Source: Ignavibacteriota bacterium
GTDB taxonomy: Bacteria; Bacteroidota; Ignavibacteria; UBA10030; CAVZMI01
Direction of reading: 5' to 3'
NCBI GenBank assembly: GCA_963776275.1
Contig: CAVZMI010000007.1
Coordinates: 39,681-103,680, forward strand
Length of the DNA stretch: 64,000 nt
Position numbers and translations under genes: made by a program. Shown piece by piece: positions 41,422 to 53,070 of the stretch. The notes beneath the pieces are model-generated. The model was not told the DNA's origin. It was given only the letters and a program-made list of their open reading frames with translations, and searched no databases. Position 1 is the stretch's first letter. Every line of letters starts with the position of its first letter.

Positions 41422-41652
41422 ATGGAAACGTCGGTAGTAACAACGAAGGGACAAGTTGTGGTTCCATCCAAAATCCGCCAGAAGTTCAATATCAAAAAGG
41501 GAACGAAGGTTGCCTTCATAGAACAAAACGGTAAACTGATCATACAGCCGCTCAATCAAAATTATTTCGATACATTAGCCGGAATACTCGGAACCGACGG
41601 TGATATGTTGAAATCGCTTGTAGAAGATAAGAAACGTGAGCGTGATATATGA
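41422..41652 (+). CDS. AbrB/MazE-family antitoxin
   Basis: VTTKGQVVVPSKIRQKFNIKKG swapped-hairpin motif. Confidence 0.9.
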   Translation: METSVVTTKGQVVVPSKIRQKFNIKKGTKVAFIEQNGKLIIQPLNQNYFDTLAGILGTDGDMLKSLVEDKKRERDI

Positions 41653-42047
41653 AAACGACCGTTCTCGACAGTTATGCCGTTATAACATATTTACAGCGTC
41701 AACCGGGCTACGAAGAGGTCTCAAAAATCTTTGAAGAGTGCGTCTCGAAGAATCGCGAGATCTTTCTTAGTGTCGTCAATTGGGGAGAAGTAATATATAC
41801 AGCGCTGCGAACAGGTGGCGAACAAAAGGCCCGACTTGCGGAGGATGCGATAAGAGCTCTTCCTATTCAGATCATCGATGTTACTAAAGAACTTACACTC
41901 CAGGCTGCACAGTTAAAAGCCAATAACCGCATGTCATACGCAGATTGCTTCGCTGCAGCACTTGCGATAAAGAAAAAAAGCAATTTGGTTACAGGTGATA
42001 AAGAGTTCAAACAGATTGAGAAGATTGTTAGGATTAAGTGGATTTAA
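41649..42047 (+). CDS. vapC: VapC PIN-domain toxin
   Basis: VLDSYA, SVVNWGE, SYADCF and LVTGDKEF motifs. ATGA overlap with the antitoxin gene. Confidence 0.9.
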   Translation: MKTTVLDSYAVITYLQRQPGYEEVSKIFEECVSKNREIFLSVVNWGEVIYTALRTGGEQKARLAEDAIRALPIQIIDVTKELTLQAAQLKANNRMSYADCFAAALAIKKKSNLVTGDKEFKQIEKIVRIKWI

Positions 42048-42213
42048 CAATAGCGATTATTATTAGTCAATCTAAAAGATATGATTTATCGCATCATAAA
42101 TAACAAAAAAAACCAGTTCTTTTCTGATCTGGCTTTCTTAGCGGAGAGGTTCGACTACGCTCCTGCGGAGGCTTCGTCGACCAGGGCTTGCCAAACGAAG
42201 CCTTGGCGTAGTT

Positions 42214-42341
42214 TGGCGGAGAGGGAGTCCCGTCCCGTGGAGCGGGACGGGAGAACTCTCGGTAGAGCTATACACCCTACGGCGGTTTAGTCCCGTTCCG
42301 ACTTCATCGGGACGGGACTGGTTTGAGCCACTCACCCACCT
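42214..42341 (-). pseudogene. tRNA-Ser pseudogene disrupted by two hairpin inserts
   Basis: Colinear with the adjacent tRNA-Ser(GCT) and ends in CCA. T-loop and anticodon are replaced by TCCCGT.CCG...CGGGACGGGA palindromes. Confidence 0.75.
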
Positions 42342-42344
42342 AAA

Positions 42345-42380
42345 ATAAAAAAGCCAAACCTAGATAGGAATTGGCTTCTA
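42345..42380 (-). terminator. Terminator after tRNA-Ser(GCT)
   Basis: AGCCAA...TTGGCT stem with a T-run on the minus strand. Confidence 0.65.
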
Positions 42381-42382
42381 AG

Positions 42383-42473
42383 CGGAGAGGGAGGGATTCG
42401 AACCCTCGGTACAGGTTGACCCCGTACGACGGTTTAGCAAACCGTTGGTTTCAGCCAACTCACCCACCTCTCC
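42383..42473 (-). tRNA. tRNA-Ser(GCT)
   Basis: GGAGAGG acceptor, ACGGT-TTGCTAA-ACCGT anticodon arm, long variable arm, GGTTCGAATCC. CCA not encoded. Confidence 0.95.
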
Positions 42474-42559
42474 GGGTATTTAGCTGAATTAAAATTGCAT
42501 TAAAATTTACCTGAAAAACTTTTCAGAAGCAAGCGCAATAATATTTCCGGGTCAGGATG

Positions 42560-42976
42560 CTATTTTATACTATTTTTTATTTCTATGAGTAATTTCGCAT
42601 ATGTAATATCTTTTTTACTTTTATAGGTAACCGTTATGCCTCGAATCTTACCGTACTTTTTCCCATACCTAAATTGTTTTTTCAAATCATCCGAAATAGC
42701 ACTACTCATAATTGCTTCTTTAGCCTTTTCAGTGAAATAAAACGTAGTTCTAAAAGAATTTTTAACAGTAGAAAGCCAGAATATAGTTTTTGTTTTTCTT
42801 GATACTTTTAAGAGCCAACTTTTCCCGTCATTGTAATATCTCCATGTTTCAGAAAAGTCAGGATGATGATCATGGATATAATCAAACAGAGATTGCCATA
42901 GCTTTTTGGATTTTCCCAGATGAGAATAAATGACATCTTCAGAAGGAAATTGATTTTTATCGGACATGATATTCAT
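42560..42976 (-). CDS. DUF3788-like protein
   Basis: WRYYNDGKSWLLK..KTKTIFW motif. GGAGG RBS before ATG 42976. Confidence 0.75.
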   Translation of the reverse strand: MNIMSDKNQFPSEDVIYSHLGKSKKLWQSLFDYIHDHHPDFSETWRYYNDGKSWLLKVSRKTKTIFWLSTVKNSFRTTFYFTEKAKEAIMSSAISDDLKKQFRYGKKYGKIRGITVTYKSKKDITYAKLLIEIKNSIK

Positions 42977-42989
42977 ATACACGAACCTC

Positions 42990-44051
42990 CTATACCAGAC
43001 TGGCAATGAGGTCGCCGACTTCGGAAGTACCCATGCCCATCTTACCGGCAGCGAGACTCTTTATCTTGCCGCTGCTGAGTGCTTCAATTACCGCCTGTTC
43101 TACATCCTGACCGGCCGCCTGTTCGCCGAGGGTTTCCAACAACATCCCTCCGGCACAGATAGCCGCCATCGGGTTGATGACATTTTTTCCTGTATACTTC
43201 GGGGCGGAACCGCCTATCGGCTCGAACATTGAAACACCTTTCGGGTTGATATTGCCGCCTGCCGCAATCCCCATGCCGCCTTGAATCATTGCGCCCAAAT
43301 CTGTAATGATGTCGCCAAACATATTATCAGTCACGATAACGTCGAACCATTCCGGATTCTTCACCATCCACATCGTTGTCGCATCGACATGAGCGTAATC
43401 GGTTTGTATATCCGGGTATTCTTTTGCGACTTCATAGAAGGTACGTTCCCATAAATCGAAGGCGAATGTCAGTACATTTGTTTTTCCGCAGAGGGTCAGC
43501 TTTTTCCGTTTGTTGCGTTTCTTTGTCGCTTCGAAAGCATAGCGAACGCAGCGCTCCACTCCCATGCGCGTATTAATGGATTCCTGTACCGCAACTTCGT
43601 TTAACGTACCCTTGCGAAGCACACCGCCTGCTCCGGTATATAATCCTTCAGTATTCTCCCGGACCACTACGAAGTCGATATCCTGAGGCCGTTTATCCTT
43701 GAGCGGAGTGTCCACATTGGGATACAGCTTCACAGGGCGCAGGTTAATATATTGATCCAATTCAAAGCGTAGACGGAGCAGCAGTCCTTTCTCCAGGATT
43801 CCGGGTTTCACGTCCGGGTGGCCGATGGCGCCGAGATAAATGGCGTCGAGTTTACGCAGCTCGGAGATAACGCTGTCAGGCAAAATCTCGCTTGTGCGTT
43901 TATAGCGCTCGCCGCCCAGATCGTAATGAACCCATTCGAGCTTGATCGAGTGTTTTTTTGCCGCAGCTTCTAAAACCTTGATTCCTTCACGGATAACTTC
44001 CGGACTGGTACCGTCGCCGCCAAGAACTGCAATGTTATATTTCTCTGACAT
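42990..44051 (-). CDS. leuB: 3-isopropylmalate dehydrogenase
   Basis: [22 protein letters not shown] and FEPIGGSAP motifs; context in the leu operon. Confidence 0.92.
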   Translation of the reverse strand: MSEKYNIAVLGGDGTSPEVIREGIKVLEAAAKKHSIKLEWVHYDLGGERYKRTSEILPDSVISELRKLDAIYLGAIGHPDVKPGILEKGLLLRLRFELDQYINLRPVKLYPNVDTPLKDKRPQDIDFVVVRENTEGLYTGAGGVLRKGTLNEVAVQESINTRMGVERCVRYAFEATKKRNKRKKLTLCGKTNVLTFAFDLWERTFYEVAKEYPDIQTDYAHVDATTMWMVKNPEWFDVIVTDNMFGDIITDLGAMIQGGMGIAAGGNINPKGVSMFEPIGGSAPKYTGKNVINPMAAICAGGMLLETLGEQAAGQDVEQAVIEALSSGKIKSLAAGKMGMGTSEVGDLIASLV

Positions 44052-44181
44052 TGTCTTCGCTACTCCTTCATGATTTTATTTTGTAATTCGAGTTGTAAAT
44101 ACATTCAAAAGAATGAATGCGGTTTCCCGAAGCTTTTGAATTAAATTTCCTTTTTACTTTTGCTTTTTTACTGTTATTAAT

Positions 44182-44510
44182 ATGTCGCTCCTAACGGAGC
44201 TCTTTCCTTTTTTTAATTATGCCTTTCTACCAATATTCCGTCCCCCGACGGTCTTACGACCCGTCGGGATCGTAGACCTACGGGACTCTCCACCTTTGGT
44301 ATTATTAAAATTCTTCTCACTCTCGATCTCTCTTGTATCTTTTTCCCTTTTCTTAAGAATAGTTTTTTTAGCATGCCTTCCCGCCCGAAGGGCGGGACTC
44401 GGCATGACGAGGAGCGTTTCCCTCTCTATTTCATTTACTTTTTAATTTTTCCCCCTCGACTCCCCCTTGTCTCGCTCACTCCGTTCGCTCGCTCGGGGTC
44501 GCTCGGGATA
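44182..44510. repeat. Cluster of REP-like and nested palindromes between proC and leuB
   Basis: GCTCCTAACGGAGC, CCCGACGG...CCGTCGGG nested in GTCCC...GGGAC, CCCGCCCGAAGGGCGGG and others. Confidence 0.65.
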
Positions 44511-44528
44511 AACTTTTTACTTTTCTTT

Positions 44529-45377
44529 TCAGTGTTTGCTCACGATCCGGCTCAGCTCTTCTGATCGGCGGGTAGCTATAGTTACTGCATTAATAAGCAT
44601 TGAACGAAGCCCATGGGATTCCAGTTCATGGATCGCATTTATGGTTGTGCCGCCGGGTGTTGTCACCTGATCCCGGAGGATTGCAGGATGAAGACCCGAG
44701 ACTTTTACCAGTTTTGCCGAGCCGAGAACAGTCTGGATTGCAAGCTTCGTAGCAATATCCCTGGACAGTCCCATTTTCACGCCGCCGTCGATCATCGCCT
44801 CGATGACCATATAAATATATGCCGGACCGCTGCCGCTTAAGCCGGTAACCGCATCGAGATTTTCTTCTGAAACGACTACTACTTCACCTACGGCCTCAAA
44901 AATTGCTATCGCGATCTCATGAAGCTCGGGAGATACATGTTCTCCGAATGAAATCGCCGCCGCTCCCTCGTCGACAGTCGCCGCTATATTCGGCATGGTA
45001 CGGACGATGGCAATTTCCTTCCCGAGACTCTGCTGGATATAGGCAATCTTCACACCGGCAACAATCGAAATCACCAGATGTTTCTCGGTAATCACACTCT
45101 TGATCTGTGAAAGTATTTTCGGAAGCGTGACCGGTTTAACGCAGAGCAGGATTACCTCGGACGCCTCGACAGCTTTCGCCGGATCGGAGGTCGTGTTTAT
45201 TTTCCACTCCGCCTTCAGCTTGTCCAGTTTTTCTGTGTTGACATCGCAGGCACAAATATTTTGAGGCGGTGTGAGCTGCGCATTGATAATCCCCTTCATT
45301 AAGGCTGTTCCCATATTACCGGCACCCAGGATTGCTACAGTGCGCTGATTGAATCGCTGACTTTGACGTTCGCTCAT
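44529..45377 (-). CDS. proC: Pyrroline-5-carboxylate reductase
   Basis: GAGNMG, RTMPN, GLSGSGPAY and VTTPGGTT motifs. Confidence 0.95.
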   Translation of the reverse strand: MSERQSQRFNQRTVAILGAGNMGTALMKGIINAQLTPPQNICACDVNTEKLDKLKAEWKINTTSDPAKAVEASEVILLCVKPVTLPKILSQIKSVITEKHLVISIVAGVKIAYIQQSLGKEIAIVRTMPNIAATVDEGAAAISFGEHVSPELHEIAIAIFEAVGEVVVVSEENLDAVTGLSGSGPAYIYMVIEAMIDGGVKMGLSRDIATKLAIQTVLGSAKLVKVSGLHPAILRDQVTTPGGTTINAIHELESHGLRSMLINAVTIATRRSEELSRIVSKH

Positions 45378-45381
45378 AAAA

Positions 45382-45975
45382 TTATTTCCCATTATGATTA
45401 TTTTCGTATTCCTTAATTGCTTTTTCGAAACGTAGAATATATCCGAGTTCATCCACTCCGTTCAATAGACATGTTTTTGAAAACTCGTCGATCGGAAAAC
45501 TAAATTTTGTTCCGCCCGGAAGTGTCACTGTCTGCGAAGCAAGATCGATGCTGAGCTGCAGGGCGCCGTTGATCTCGACCAGGTTGCAGAGCTGCTGATG
45601 GATTTTAGGTTCGACAACAATCGGCAGTAATCCGTTTTTCAACGCATTGTTTTTAAAAATATCGGCAAACGAAGTACTGATAACGGCCTTGAATCCGAAC
45701 CCGGTCAGTGCCCACGGCGCATGTTCGCGCGACGATCCGCAGCCGAAATTATCGCCTGCGAGAAGAATTTGCACTCCGGCAATTTGAGGCCTGTTAAGAA
45801 TAAAATCAGGATTGGGCGAACCGTCCGGCAGGTAACGCCAATCGTAGAAAAGGTTATCACCCAGTCCCTTCTTGTCCGTCACCTTTAAAAACCGGGCAGG
45901 GATGATCTGATCGGTGTCAATATTATTCGCTAATAATGGAACAACACGAGATGTAAAAGTAACAAATTTTCCCAT
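45382..45975 (-). CDS. leuD: 3-isopropylmalate dehydratase small subunit
   Basis: [13 protein letters not shown] and [15 protein letters not shown] motifs. Confidence 0.96.
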   Translation of the reverse strand: MGKFVTFTSRVVPLLANNIDTDQIIPARFLKVTDKKGLGDNLFYDWRYLPDGSPNPDFILNRPQIAGVQILLAGDNFGCGSSREHAPWALTGFGFKAVISTSFADIFKNNALKNGLLPIVVEPKIHQQLCNLVEINGALQLSIDLASQTVTLPGGTKFSFPIDEFSKTCLLNGVDELGYILRFEKAIKEYENNHNGK

Positions 45976-46015
45976 GGCAATAATCACATTTTTATTTAGA
46001 TTATGAATTTCGAAT

Positions 46016-47431
46016 TCAGTTTTTGGTTAACAGAGTCCTCACGTCGGTAACAGTACCGGTTACGGCCGCCGCCGCGGCAGTCAACGGCGATGCAAGAAAT
46101 GTACGTCCGCCTTTGCCCTGCCGGCCTTCAAAGTTACGATTGCTGGTCGAGACGGCGTACTGCCCCGTTTCGAGCTGGTCGCCGTTCATCGCTATGCACA
46201 TCGAACAGCCCGACTCACGCCATTCTGCACCTGCACTTTTAAAAATAATATCGAGTCCTTCTTTCTCGGCCTGTCTCTTCACTTCTTGCGAACCGGGAAC
46301 AACCAATACCCGAACGCCCGATGCAACTTTACGCCCTTTCATCACCATTGCAGCCTGCCGCATATCGTTGATGCGTCCGTTCGTGCAGCTACCGATGAAT
46401 ACGACATCGATATGTTGACCGAGTAAACGCTGACCCGGTTTCAGCCCCATATAGGCAAGCGCTTTTTCAAGAGCCTGCCTTTGAGATAAATCGCTGATCG
46501 AATGAAGTTCCGGGATCCGGCCGCTGATTCCCATTCCCTGACCGGGACTTGTTCCATAAGTAATCATCGGTTCGATCGAGGATGCGTCAAGTACAATACT
46601 TCGATCAAATAGAGCTCCTTCATCGGTTGGAAGCTGCTTCCAGCTCTTCACAGCCTCTTCCCATGTCTTGCCCTTCGGAGAAAATTCGCGACCTGCAAGA
46701 TATTCGAATGTTATATCGTCGGGCGCAATCATTCCGGCACGGGCGCCTCCCTCGATAGACATATTGCACACTGTCATCCGCTCTTCCATCGAGAGGTTCT
46801 TGATTGCCGCGCCGGTATATTCAATCACATGTCCGGTCGCTCCTCCGGCACCTATAGTTGCAAGAAGTTTCAAAATAATATCTTTCGCCGAAACACCGTG
46901 AGCAAGTTTTCCATCGACACGAACTTCAAAGGTCTTTGGTTTACGCTGCAGCAAGCATTGTGTCGCAAGTACATGTTCAACTTCGCTCGTTCCAATGCCA
47001 AATGCGAGCGCACCGAATGCGCCGTGTGTCGATGTATGACTATCACCGCAGACTATTGTCATTCCGGGATATGTGTAGCCCAATTCCGGACCAATCACAT
47101 GAACGATCCCCCGATGTGCATTGTACATATCGTACAGCCGGATACCAAATTCCTTTGCATTTGTATAGAGCTGCTGAATTTGTTTCGCTGCGAGCTCGTC
47201 GTTGATCGGCTGCGAGGGATCCGTCGTCGGAATACTGTGATCCATCGTTGCCACGGTTTTATCCGGATGCCGGACTTTCAATCCACGTTCCCGCAAACCC
47301 GTAAATGCCTGAGGTGACGTCACTTCATGAATTAAATGCCGGTCGATATAAAGCACAGCCGGGGCTTTCGGTTCCTGTATGATGATATGGGAATCCCATA
47401 TTTTTTGAAACATTGTTCGAGGAGAATTCAT
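46016..47431 (-). CDS. leuC: 3-isopropylmalate dehydratase large subunit
   Basis: [33 protein letters not shown] and [12 protein letters not shown] motifs. Confidence 0.97.
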   Translation of the reverse strand: MNSPRTMFQKIWDSHIIIQEPKAPAVLYIDRHLIHEVTSPQAFTGLRERGLKVRHPDKTVATMDHSIPTTDPSQPINDELAAKQIQQLYTNAKEFGIRLYDMYNAHRGIVHVIGPELGYTYPGMTIVCGDSHTSTHGAFGALAFGIGTSEVEHVLATQCLLQRKPKTFEVRVDGKLAHGVSAKDIILKLLATIGAGGATGHVIEYTGAAIKNLSMEERMTVCNMSIEGGARAGMIAPDDITFEYLAGREFSPKGKTWEEAVKSWKQLPTDEGALFDRSIVLDASSIEPMITYGTSPGQGMGISGRIPELHSISDLSQRQALEKALAYMGLKPGQRLLGQHIDVVFIGSCTNGRINDMRQAAMVMKGRKVASGVRVLVVPGSQEVKRQAEKEGLDIIFKSAGAEWRESGCSMCIAMNGDQLETGQYAVSTSNRNFEGRQGKGGRTFLASPLTAAAAAVTGTVTDVRTLLTKN

Positions 47432-47651
47432 ATTAATATTGCTATTGAGATTTTTGATATATGATTGATGAATGATGAAATAAGACGATTAAATGACTTG
47501 AGATATCCGATATTATGACTTGACGATTTACAAATTTATATTAAAATCAATGAAACTAAGTCGGAAAAATAAAAAGCCTCTTCCACTCATAAATCATCAA
47601 TCACAAATCGGCAATCTCATAGCACTCTCAGTTTTGTATTTAGTACTCTTG

Positions 47652-49220
47652 TTATGGTCGACCTTCTGTGATCTTTAGATTCGGTTCTTCTTTTTGTTGA
47701 TCGGATTTTCGCTTCCGTGCAATCAATGCTCTGTTTAGTGCTTCAAGATAAGCCTTCACACTTCCCGTTACAACGTCGGTGCTGATGGCACGGCCGTTGA
47801 AGAATACGCCGTCGAATTCGACGCGAACAAACACTTCACCGATTGCATCGTGACCGAGGCTCACCGATTTTATCGTGTATTCGGTGAGTTTCCCGATTGT
47901 ACCGGTGATTCGTTCGATCGCCCGATAGGCTGCGTCGACCGAACCATCGCCGGTTGCCGAATCGACAAATTTTTAACGTCCCTGCCGCAGCTCGATTGTC
48001 GCCGTCGGGCGTAAATTCGTCCCGGAGCTGATTTGAATCACTTCGAGATGAAATAATTCTTCAACCGTACCCGAGCGATCTTCAAGAATTGCGATCAGAT
48101 CTTCGTCGAAGACCTCTTTTTTCTGATCCGCAATCGTGGAAAATACGCCGTACACGCGTTCGAGTTCCTCGGCTGTAAGATCGTAGCCGAGTTCTCCGTA
48201 TCGCTGTTTCAGTGCATGCCGGCCCGAGTGCTTGCCGAGAATTAAGGTACTATGTTTGATGCCGACGGACTGCGGCGTCATGATTTCATATGTCATCCGG
48301 CTCTTGAGCATTCCATCCTGGTGGATACCCGCTTCATGTGCAAATGCATTCGCTCCGACTATGGCTTTATTCCGCTGGACGACCATGCCGGTGAGACTGC
48401 TCAAGAGCTTGCTCGATTTATAAATTTCTTCAGTATTGACATTCGTCTGCATTTTCAGGAGCTCTTTTCGAGTCTTCAACGTCATTACAACCTCTTCAAG
48501 TGAAGCGTTTCCAGCGCGCTCTCCAATGCCGTTGATTGTACACTCGATCTGCCGTGCACCGTTCTGAACTGCGGCAATTGAGTTCGCTACTGCAAGTCCG
48601 AGGTCGTTATGACAGTGGGAGCTTAGAATAATGCGATCGATGTTGGGAACACGTTCCCGCACCGTCTTGAACATCGCACCATACTCATCGGGTAGCGCAT
48701 AGCCGACGGTATCGGGAAGATTCACTACATTTGCCCCCGCTTCAACCGCCGCCGATACCACCTGACAAAGGAAATCGATGTCGCTTCGTGATGCGTCCTC
48801 GCAGGAGAATTCAACGTTATTGCATAGCGATTTCGCATAGCTCACGGCCCATATAATGTCCTTCAATACTTCTTCCCGCGTCTTTTTCAGTTTATGATAG
48901 AGATGAATATCAGAAGTCGCAATGAATGTATGGATTCGCGGCTTCTTCGCATATTGAATTGCATCCCATGCGCGATCGATGTCATTTTTAAGCGTACGGC
49001 AGAGTGCTGCAATTATACAGCCCTCGATGGTTTTTGCTACGAAGCGAACTGCCTCATAATCTCCTACCGATGCTATCGGGAAACCCGCTTCAATCACATC
49101 CACCCCTAGATGCTCGAGTTGACGGGCCATGCGAATTTTTTCCTCAAAATTCATGCTGCAGCCCGGCGATTGTTCGCCATCTCGAAGCGTTGTGTCGAAA
49201 ACAAATACACGATTTTCCAT
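47652..49220 (-). CDS. leuA: 2-isopropylmalate synthase (in-frame TAA at 47973-47975)
   Basis: [19 protein letters not shown] and [10 protein letters not shown]. The regulatory domain (GDGSVDA) continues in the same frame after the stop. Confidence 0.93.
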
Positions 49221-49281
49221 TTGTTTTATTTCTCCTTCACTGCTTTGTTGTCTCGCCCCGCTCTGTCCGCCTCGTCGAGAC

Positions 49282-50358
49282 TCATCGAGACGGGTTTGTC
49301 GAAACGGGACTGTTTAACTGTATCATTTCTTTGCCTTCAATTTCAACAAGTTTCTGCACCCAGCCCATAAGATCATAAAATTGTTGCGGCGGCAGCGACT
49401 GTGCGCCGTCAGAAAAAGCCTTCTCCGGATTTGGATGGACTTCGACAATCAGTCCATCGGCCCCGACAGCGACTGCCGCTTTCGATACTGGTGTCACAAG
49501 GCTGCGGACACCCGTTCCATGACTTGGATCAACAATAACCGGCAGGTGGCTGAGCTCTTTGAGCGCCGGCACCGCCGAGAGGTCGCATGTATTCCGCGTA
49601 TAATCCTCGAACGTCCGAATACCGCGCTCACATAGAATCACGTCGGGGTTTCCCTGCGACATGACATACTCGGCCGACATCAGCAGTTCATTTAGGGTAT
49701 TTGCCATCCCTCGTTTTAACAGCACGGGCTTCCGGATTTTTCCAACTTCTTTCAAGAGAGCAAAATTTTGCATGTTACGGGCTCCGATCTGCATTACATC
49801 GGCATATTCGGCCACCAGACCGACATCGGCAGGTGTAATAACCTCGGTCACGACTGCCAATCCGGTTTTCTCTCTCGCTTCAGCCAGCAATTTCAATCCT
49901 TGCTCTTCCAATCCCTGGAAGCTGTAGGGCGATGTTCTCGGCTTAAAGGCTCCGCCGCGAAGCACAGATGCACCTGCTTTTTTGACGATCTCGGCACTCA
50001 GAAGAATCTGTTCTCTGCTTTCGACCGAACAGGGACCGGCCATGACAACAAATGTATCCGGTCCGACAATGATATCGGGGCCACCTTTTCCTACACGAAT
50101 TTTGACACTTGTTTTTGTTGCATGGCTCCATTCTTTACTCGCAAGCTTGAAAGGTTTCAGAATCGGAACAACACGTTCGACACCATCGACCGATTCAAGT
50201 TGGTGCAGACCCATCTTCTCGCGTTCATCACCGACACATGCGATAACTGTGCGAAACTCACCGTAAATAGGATGCACACGGAGTCCCAGCTCTTGCACTC
50301 GCTCAATGATATGGTCGATTTGTTCTTTCGTGGCACCGCTATTCATGACAATAATCAT
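49282..50358 (-). CDS. aroF: DAHP synthase type I-beta with N-terminal regulatory domain
   Basis: [24 protein letters not shown] and DPSHGTG motifs. Confidence 0.93.
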   Translation of the reverse strand: MIIVMNSGATKEQIDHIIERVQELGLRVHPIYGEFRTVIACVGDEREKMGLHQLESVDGVERVVPILKPFKLASKEWSHATKTSVKIRVGKGGPDIIVGPDTFVVMAGPCSVESREQILLSAEIVKKAGASVLRGGAFKPRTSPYSFQGLEEQGLKLLAEAREKTGLAVVTEVITPADVGLVAEYADVMQIGARNMQNFALLKEVGKIRKPVLLKRGMANTLNELLMSAEYVMSQGNPDVILCERGIRTFEDYTRNTCDLSAVPALKELSHLPVIVDPSHGTGVRSLVTPVSKAAVAVGADGLIVEVHPNPEKAFSDGAQSLPPQQFYDLMGWVQKLVEIEGKEMIQLNSPVSTNPSR

Positions 50359-51965
50359 ATACCAGTCTTGACTCCCTTCTCTGATATGTTATTGTTGTGT
50401 GATTCCAAATGGAGTAAATGATAGTAGATACTGTCGACCATGGCTTTCCAGCTCGCCTCAATGATATCGGTCGAGGCACCAACCGTATTCCACGATGTAT
50501 GTCCATCGGTGGTTGTGATCAGTACCCGGACTTTCGCCCGTGTACCGTCCTTCTCATCGATCACACGGACCTTATAATCGCTCAAAGAGATATTCTTGAG
50601 CACCGGATAGAATTTTTCAAGAGCTTTTCTCAACGCATTGTCGAGCGCATTTACAGGTCCATTCCCATTCGCTGCAGTGTGTTCGACTTCATTACCTACC
50701 CTAACCTTGATAATCGCCTCGGAAACAGGCTTGCTTTCCGATGATTCCTTATGGATAATGAGTTTAAATCCTTCGAGAACGAAAAAGTCCTTCCACCCTG
50801 GGATGCGGCGTTTCACCAGCAGTTCAAATGATCCTTCAGCATCTTCGTAGTAATAGCCGTTATACTCCTGAGCCTTCACGTCATCGACTATATTCTGTAC
50901 TTCGGGAGACGATTGATCAAGATCGATGCCAAGCTCTTTTGCTTTGTACAGAACATTGCTTCTGCCTGAAAGATCGGAAACCAATACACGCCGGCGATTG
51001 CCGACCAGCTCGGGATTGATGTGCTCGTAGGTGAGAGGAGTTCGCATCACCGCACTGACGTGAACACCGCCTTTATGCGCAAACGCACTCTCACCGACAT
51101 AGGCCAAATGCTTCCGATGAATGAGATTTGCCGATTCACTGACAAAATGTGAAAGCGACGTCAGTTGTTTTATTCGCTCTTCTGGAACGCATTGATATCC
51201 GAGTTTCAATTGTAGATTGGGAATCACGGAGCAGAGGTTTGCATTACCGCACCGCTCCCCGAATCCGTTGATTGTTCCTTGAACCTGTACGGCGCCATTA
51301 CGGACTGCAGCAATAGAATTCGCTACGGCGAGCTCACAATCGTTGTGCGTATGGATCCCCAGCGGAGTCGATATATTTTTCCCTACTTCCTGTATAATAG
51401 CCTCGATCTCATTTGTCATTGTACCGCCGTTTGTGTCGCACAGCACGATGATGTCTGCTCCTGCCCGGGCAGCCGTTTCTATCGACTGCAGTGCATATTC
51501 TTTATCGTCCTTGAATCCGTCGAAAAAATGCTCTGCATCGTAGATCACCTCACGTCCCTGTTTTTTAAGATACGAGACGGAATCCTCGATAATCTCGAGA
51601 TTCTCGGGCCCCGTAATATTCAATGCCGAACGAACGTGTAACAACCAGCTCTTCCCGAAAATAGTGACAACAGGCGTTTGTGCTTCAAGTAATGCGCAAA
51701 TATTGGGATCGTCCTGTACACGTTTCTTGGAGCGCCGAGTACTGCCGAAAGCTGCAATTTTTGCCTGTTTTAACTGAAGACTCTTCGCCCTCTGGAAGAA
51801 TTCCATATCTTTCGGATTCGAGCCGGGCCATCCGCCTTCAATATAGTGGATGCCAAATTCGTCTAGCCGTCGTGTAATACGGAGTTTATCCTCAACCGAA
51901 TATGAAATTTCTTCTCCTTGTGTCCCGTCTCGCAATGTAGTGTCGTAAAGAGTGATCTGTCGCAT
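50355..51965 (-). CDS. cimA: Citramalate synthase
   Basis: [29 protein letters not shown] and AFAHKGGVH motifs. Confidence 0.93.
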   Translation of the reverse strand: MRQITLYDTTLRDGTQGEEISYSVEDKLRITRRLDEFGIHYIEGGWPGSNPKDMEFFQRAKSLQLKQAKIAAFGSTRRSKKRVQDDPNICALLEAQTPVVTIFGKSWLLHVRSALNITGPENLEIIEDSVSYLKKQGREVIYDAEHFFDGFKDDKEYALQSIETAARAGADIIVLCDTNGGTMTNEIEAIIQEVGKNISTPLGIHTHNDCELAVANSIAAVRNGAVQVQGTINGFGERCGNANLCSVIPNLQLKLGYQCVPEERIKQLTSLSHFVSESANLIHRKHLAYVGESAFAHKGGVHVSAVMRTPLTYEHINPELVGNRRRVLVSDLSGRSNVLYKAKELGIDLDQSSPEVQNIVDDVKAQEYNGYYYEDAEGSFELLVKRRIPGWKDFFVLEGFKLIIHKESSESKPVSEAIIKVRVGNEVEHTAANGNGPVNALDNALRKALEKFYPVLKNISLSDYKVRVIDEKDGTRAKVRVLITTTDGHTSWNTVGASTDIIEASWKAMVDSIYYHLLHLESHNNNISEKGVKTGI

Positions 51966-51980
51966 GGATACCTCTGAAGG

Positions 51981-53042
51981 TTATTTTTCTTTTTTCCAAT
52001 TTTCCGGACGAAGCGAACGGACAGCCGCACCGGCCTGCCACATTTCAGAATCATGAATCTCTTTCAATTCCGCATTAAGCATATCTTTATAATTAGGAGC
52101 ACCTGTGGATTCCAGTACACGTTTTGTCTCGGCTCCGATTTTGACCCTTTCGTAAAGTGTTTTAAACACAGGGAGTACCGCTTCTTTGAATTTCGGTTTC
52201 CAATCGAGAGCACCGCGCTGCGCTGTAGCACTGCAATTTGAATACATCCAATCCATTCCTTTTTCGTCGACGAGCCGGATAAGACTTTGAGTCAATTCCT
52301 CCACCGTTTCATTGAATGCTTCACTCGGACTGTGTCCATGTTCCCGTAGAATCTGATACTGAGCTTCCATGATCCCGGCGAGTGCTCCCATCAGCACACC
52401 GCGTTCGCCGGTCAAATCACTATATACTTCCTGTTCAAATGTCGTGGGGAATAAATATCCTGAGCCAATTGCAATACCGATAGCCAGTGTCCGTTCCAAT
52501 GCTTTCCCTGTTGCATCTTGAAAAACGGCATAACTGGAATTGATGCCGGCCCCGGCCAGGTAGTTTCTCCGGACGCTTGTTCCGGAACCTTTCGGTGCAA
52601 CAAGAATGACATCGACATCAGGAGGTGGAATTACACTTGTTTGCTCCTTATATGTAATCGAAAATCCGTGCGAAAAATACAGCGCCTTGCCTTTGGTCAG
52701 ATGAGGTTTCAGCTTGGGCCAGACGGCTCGTTGGGCCGCGTCGGATACTAAATACTGAATGATCGTTCCTTTTTGTGCCGCTTCTTCAATAGGAAATAAT
52801 GTCTTGCCGGGGCCCCATCCGTCCCTCACCGCCTTTGCCCAATCCTCTTTGAATTCAGGAGCCTGACCGACAATCACGGTAAATCCATTGTCCCGCATGT
52901 TGAGAGATTGAGCCGGTCCCTGGACACCATATCCAATCACCGCGATGATCTCGTTTTTTAATGTTTCTCTGGCCTTTGATAACGGAAACTCGTCTCGTGT
53001 CACCACATCTTCAACTACTCCACCAAAGTTAATTTTCGCCAT
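51981..53042 (-). CDS. ilvC: Ketol-acid reductoisomerase
   Basis: GYGVQGPAQ, VAPKGSG, SDLTGERG and EAFNETVEE motifs. Confidence 0.95.
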   Translation of the reverse strand: MAKINFGGVVEDVVTRDEFPLSKARETLKNEIIAVIGYGVQGPAQSLNMRDNGFTVIVGQAPEFKEDWAKAVRDGWGPGKTLFPIEEAAQKGTIIQYLVSDAAQRAVWPKLKPHLTKGKALYFSHGFSITYKEQTSVIPPPDVDVILVAPKGSGTSVRRNYLAGAGINSSYAVFQDATGKALERTLAIGIAIGSGYLFPTTFEQEVYSDLTGERGVLMGALAGIMEAQYQILREHGHSPSEAFNETVEELTQSLIRLVDEKGMDWMYSNCSATAQRGALDWKPKFKEAVLPVFKTLYERVKIGAETKRVLESTGAPNYKDMLNAELKEIHDSEMWQAGAAVRSLRPENWKKEK

Positions 53043-53070
53043 TTGAATCGCTCCTTTTCTCTATAGAAGG

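Noticed and set aside
42228-42317. tRNA introns
   Set aside because: The inserts replace essential T-loop and anticodon bases and the 5' acceptor strand is truncated, so splicing would not restore a tRNA.
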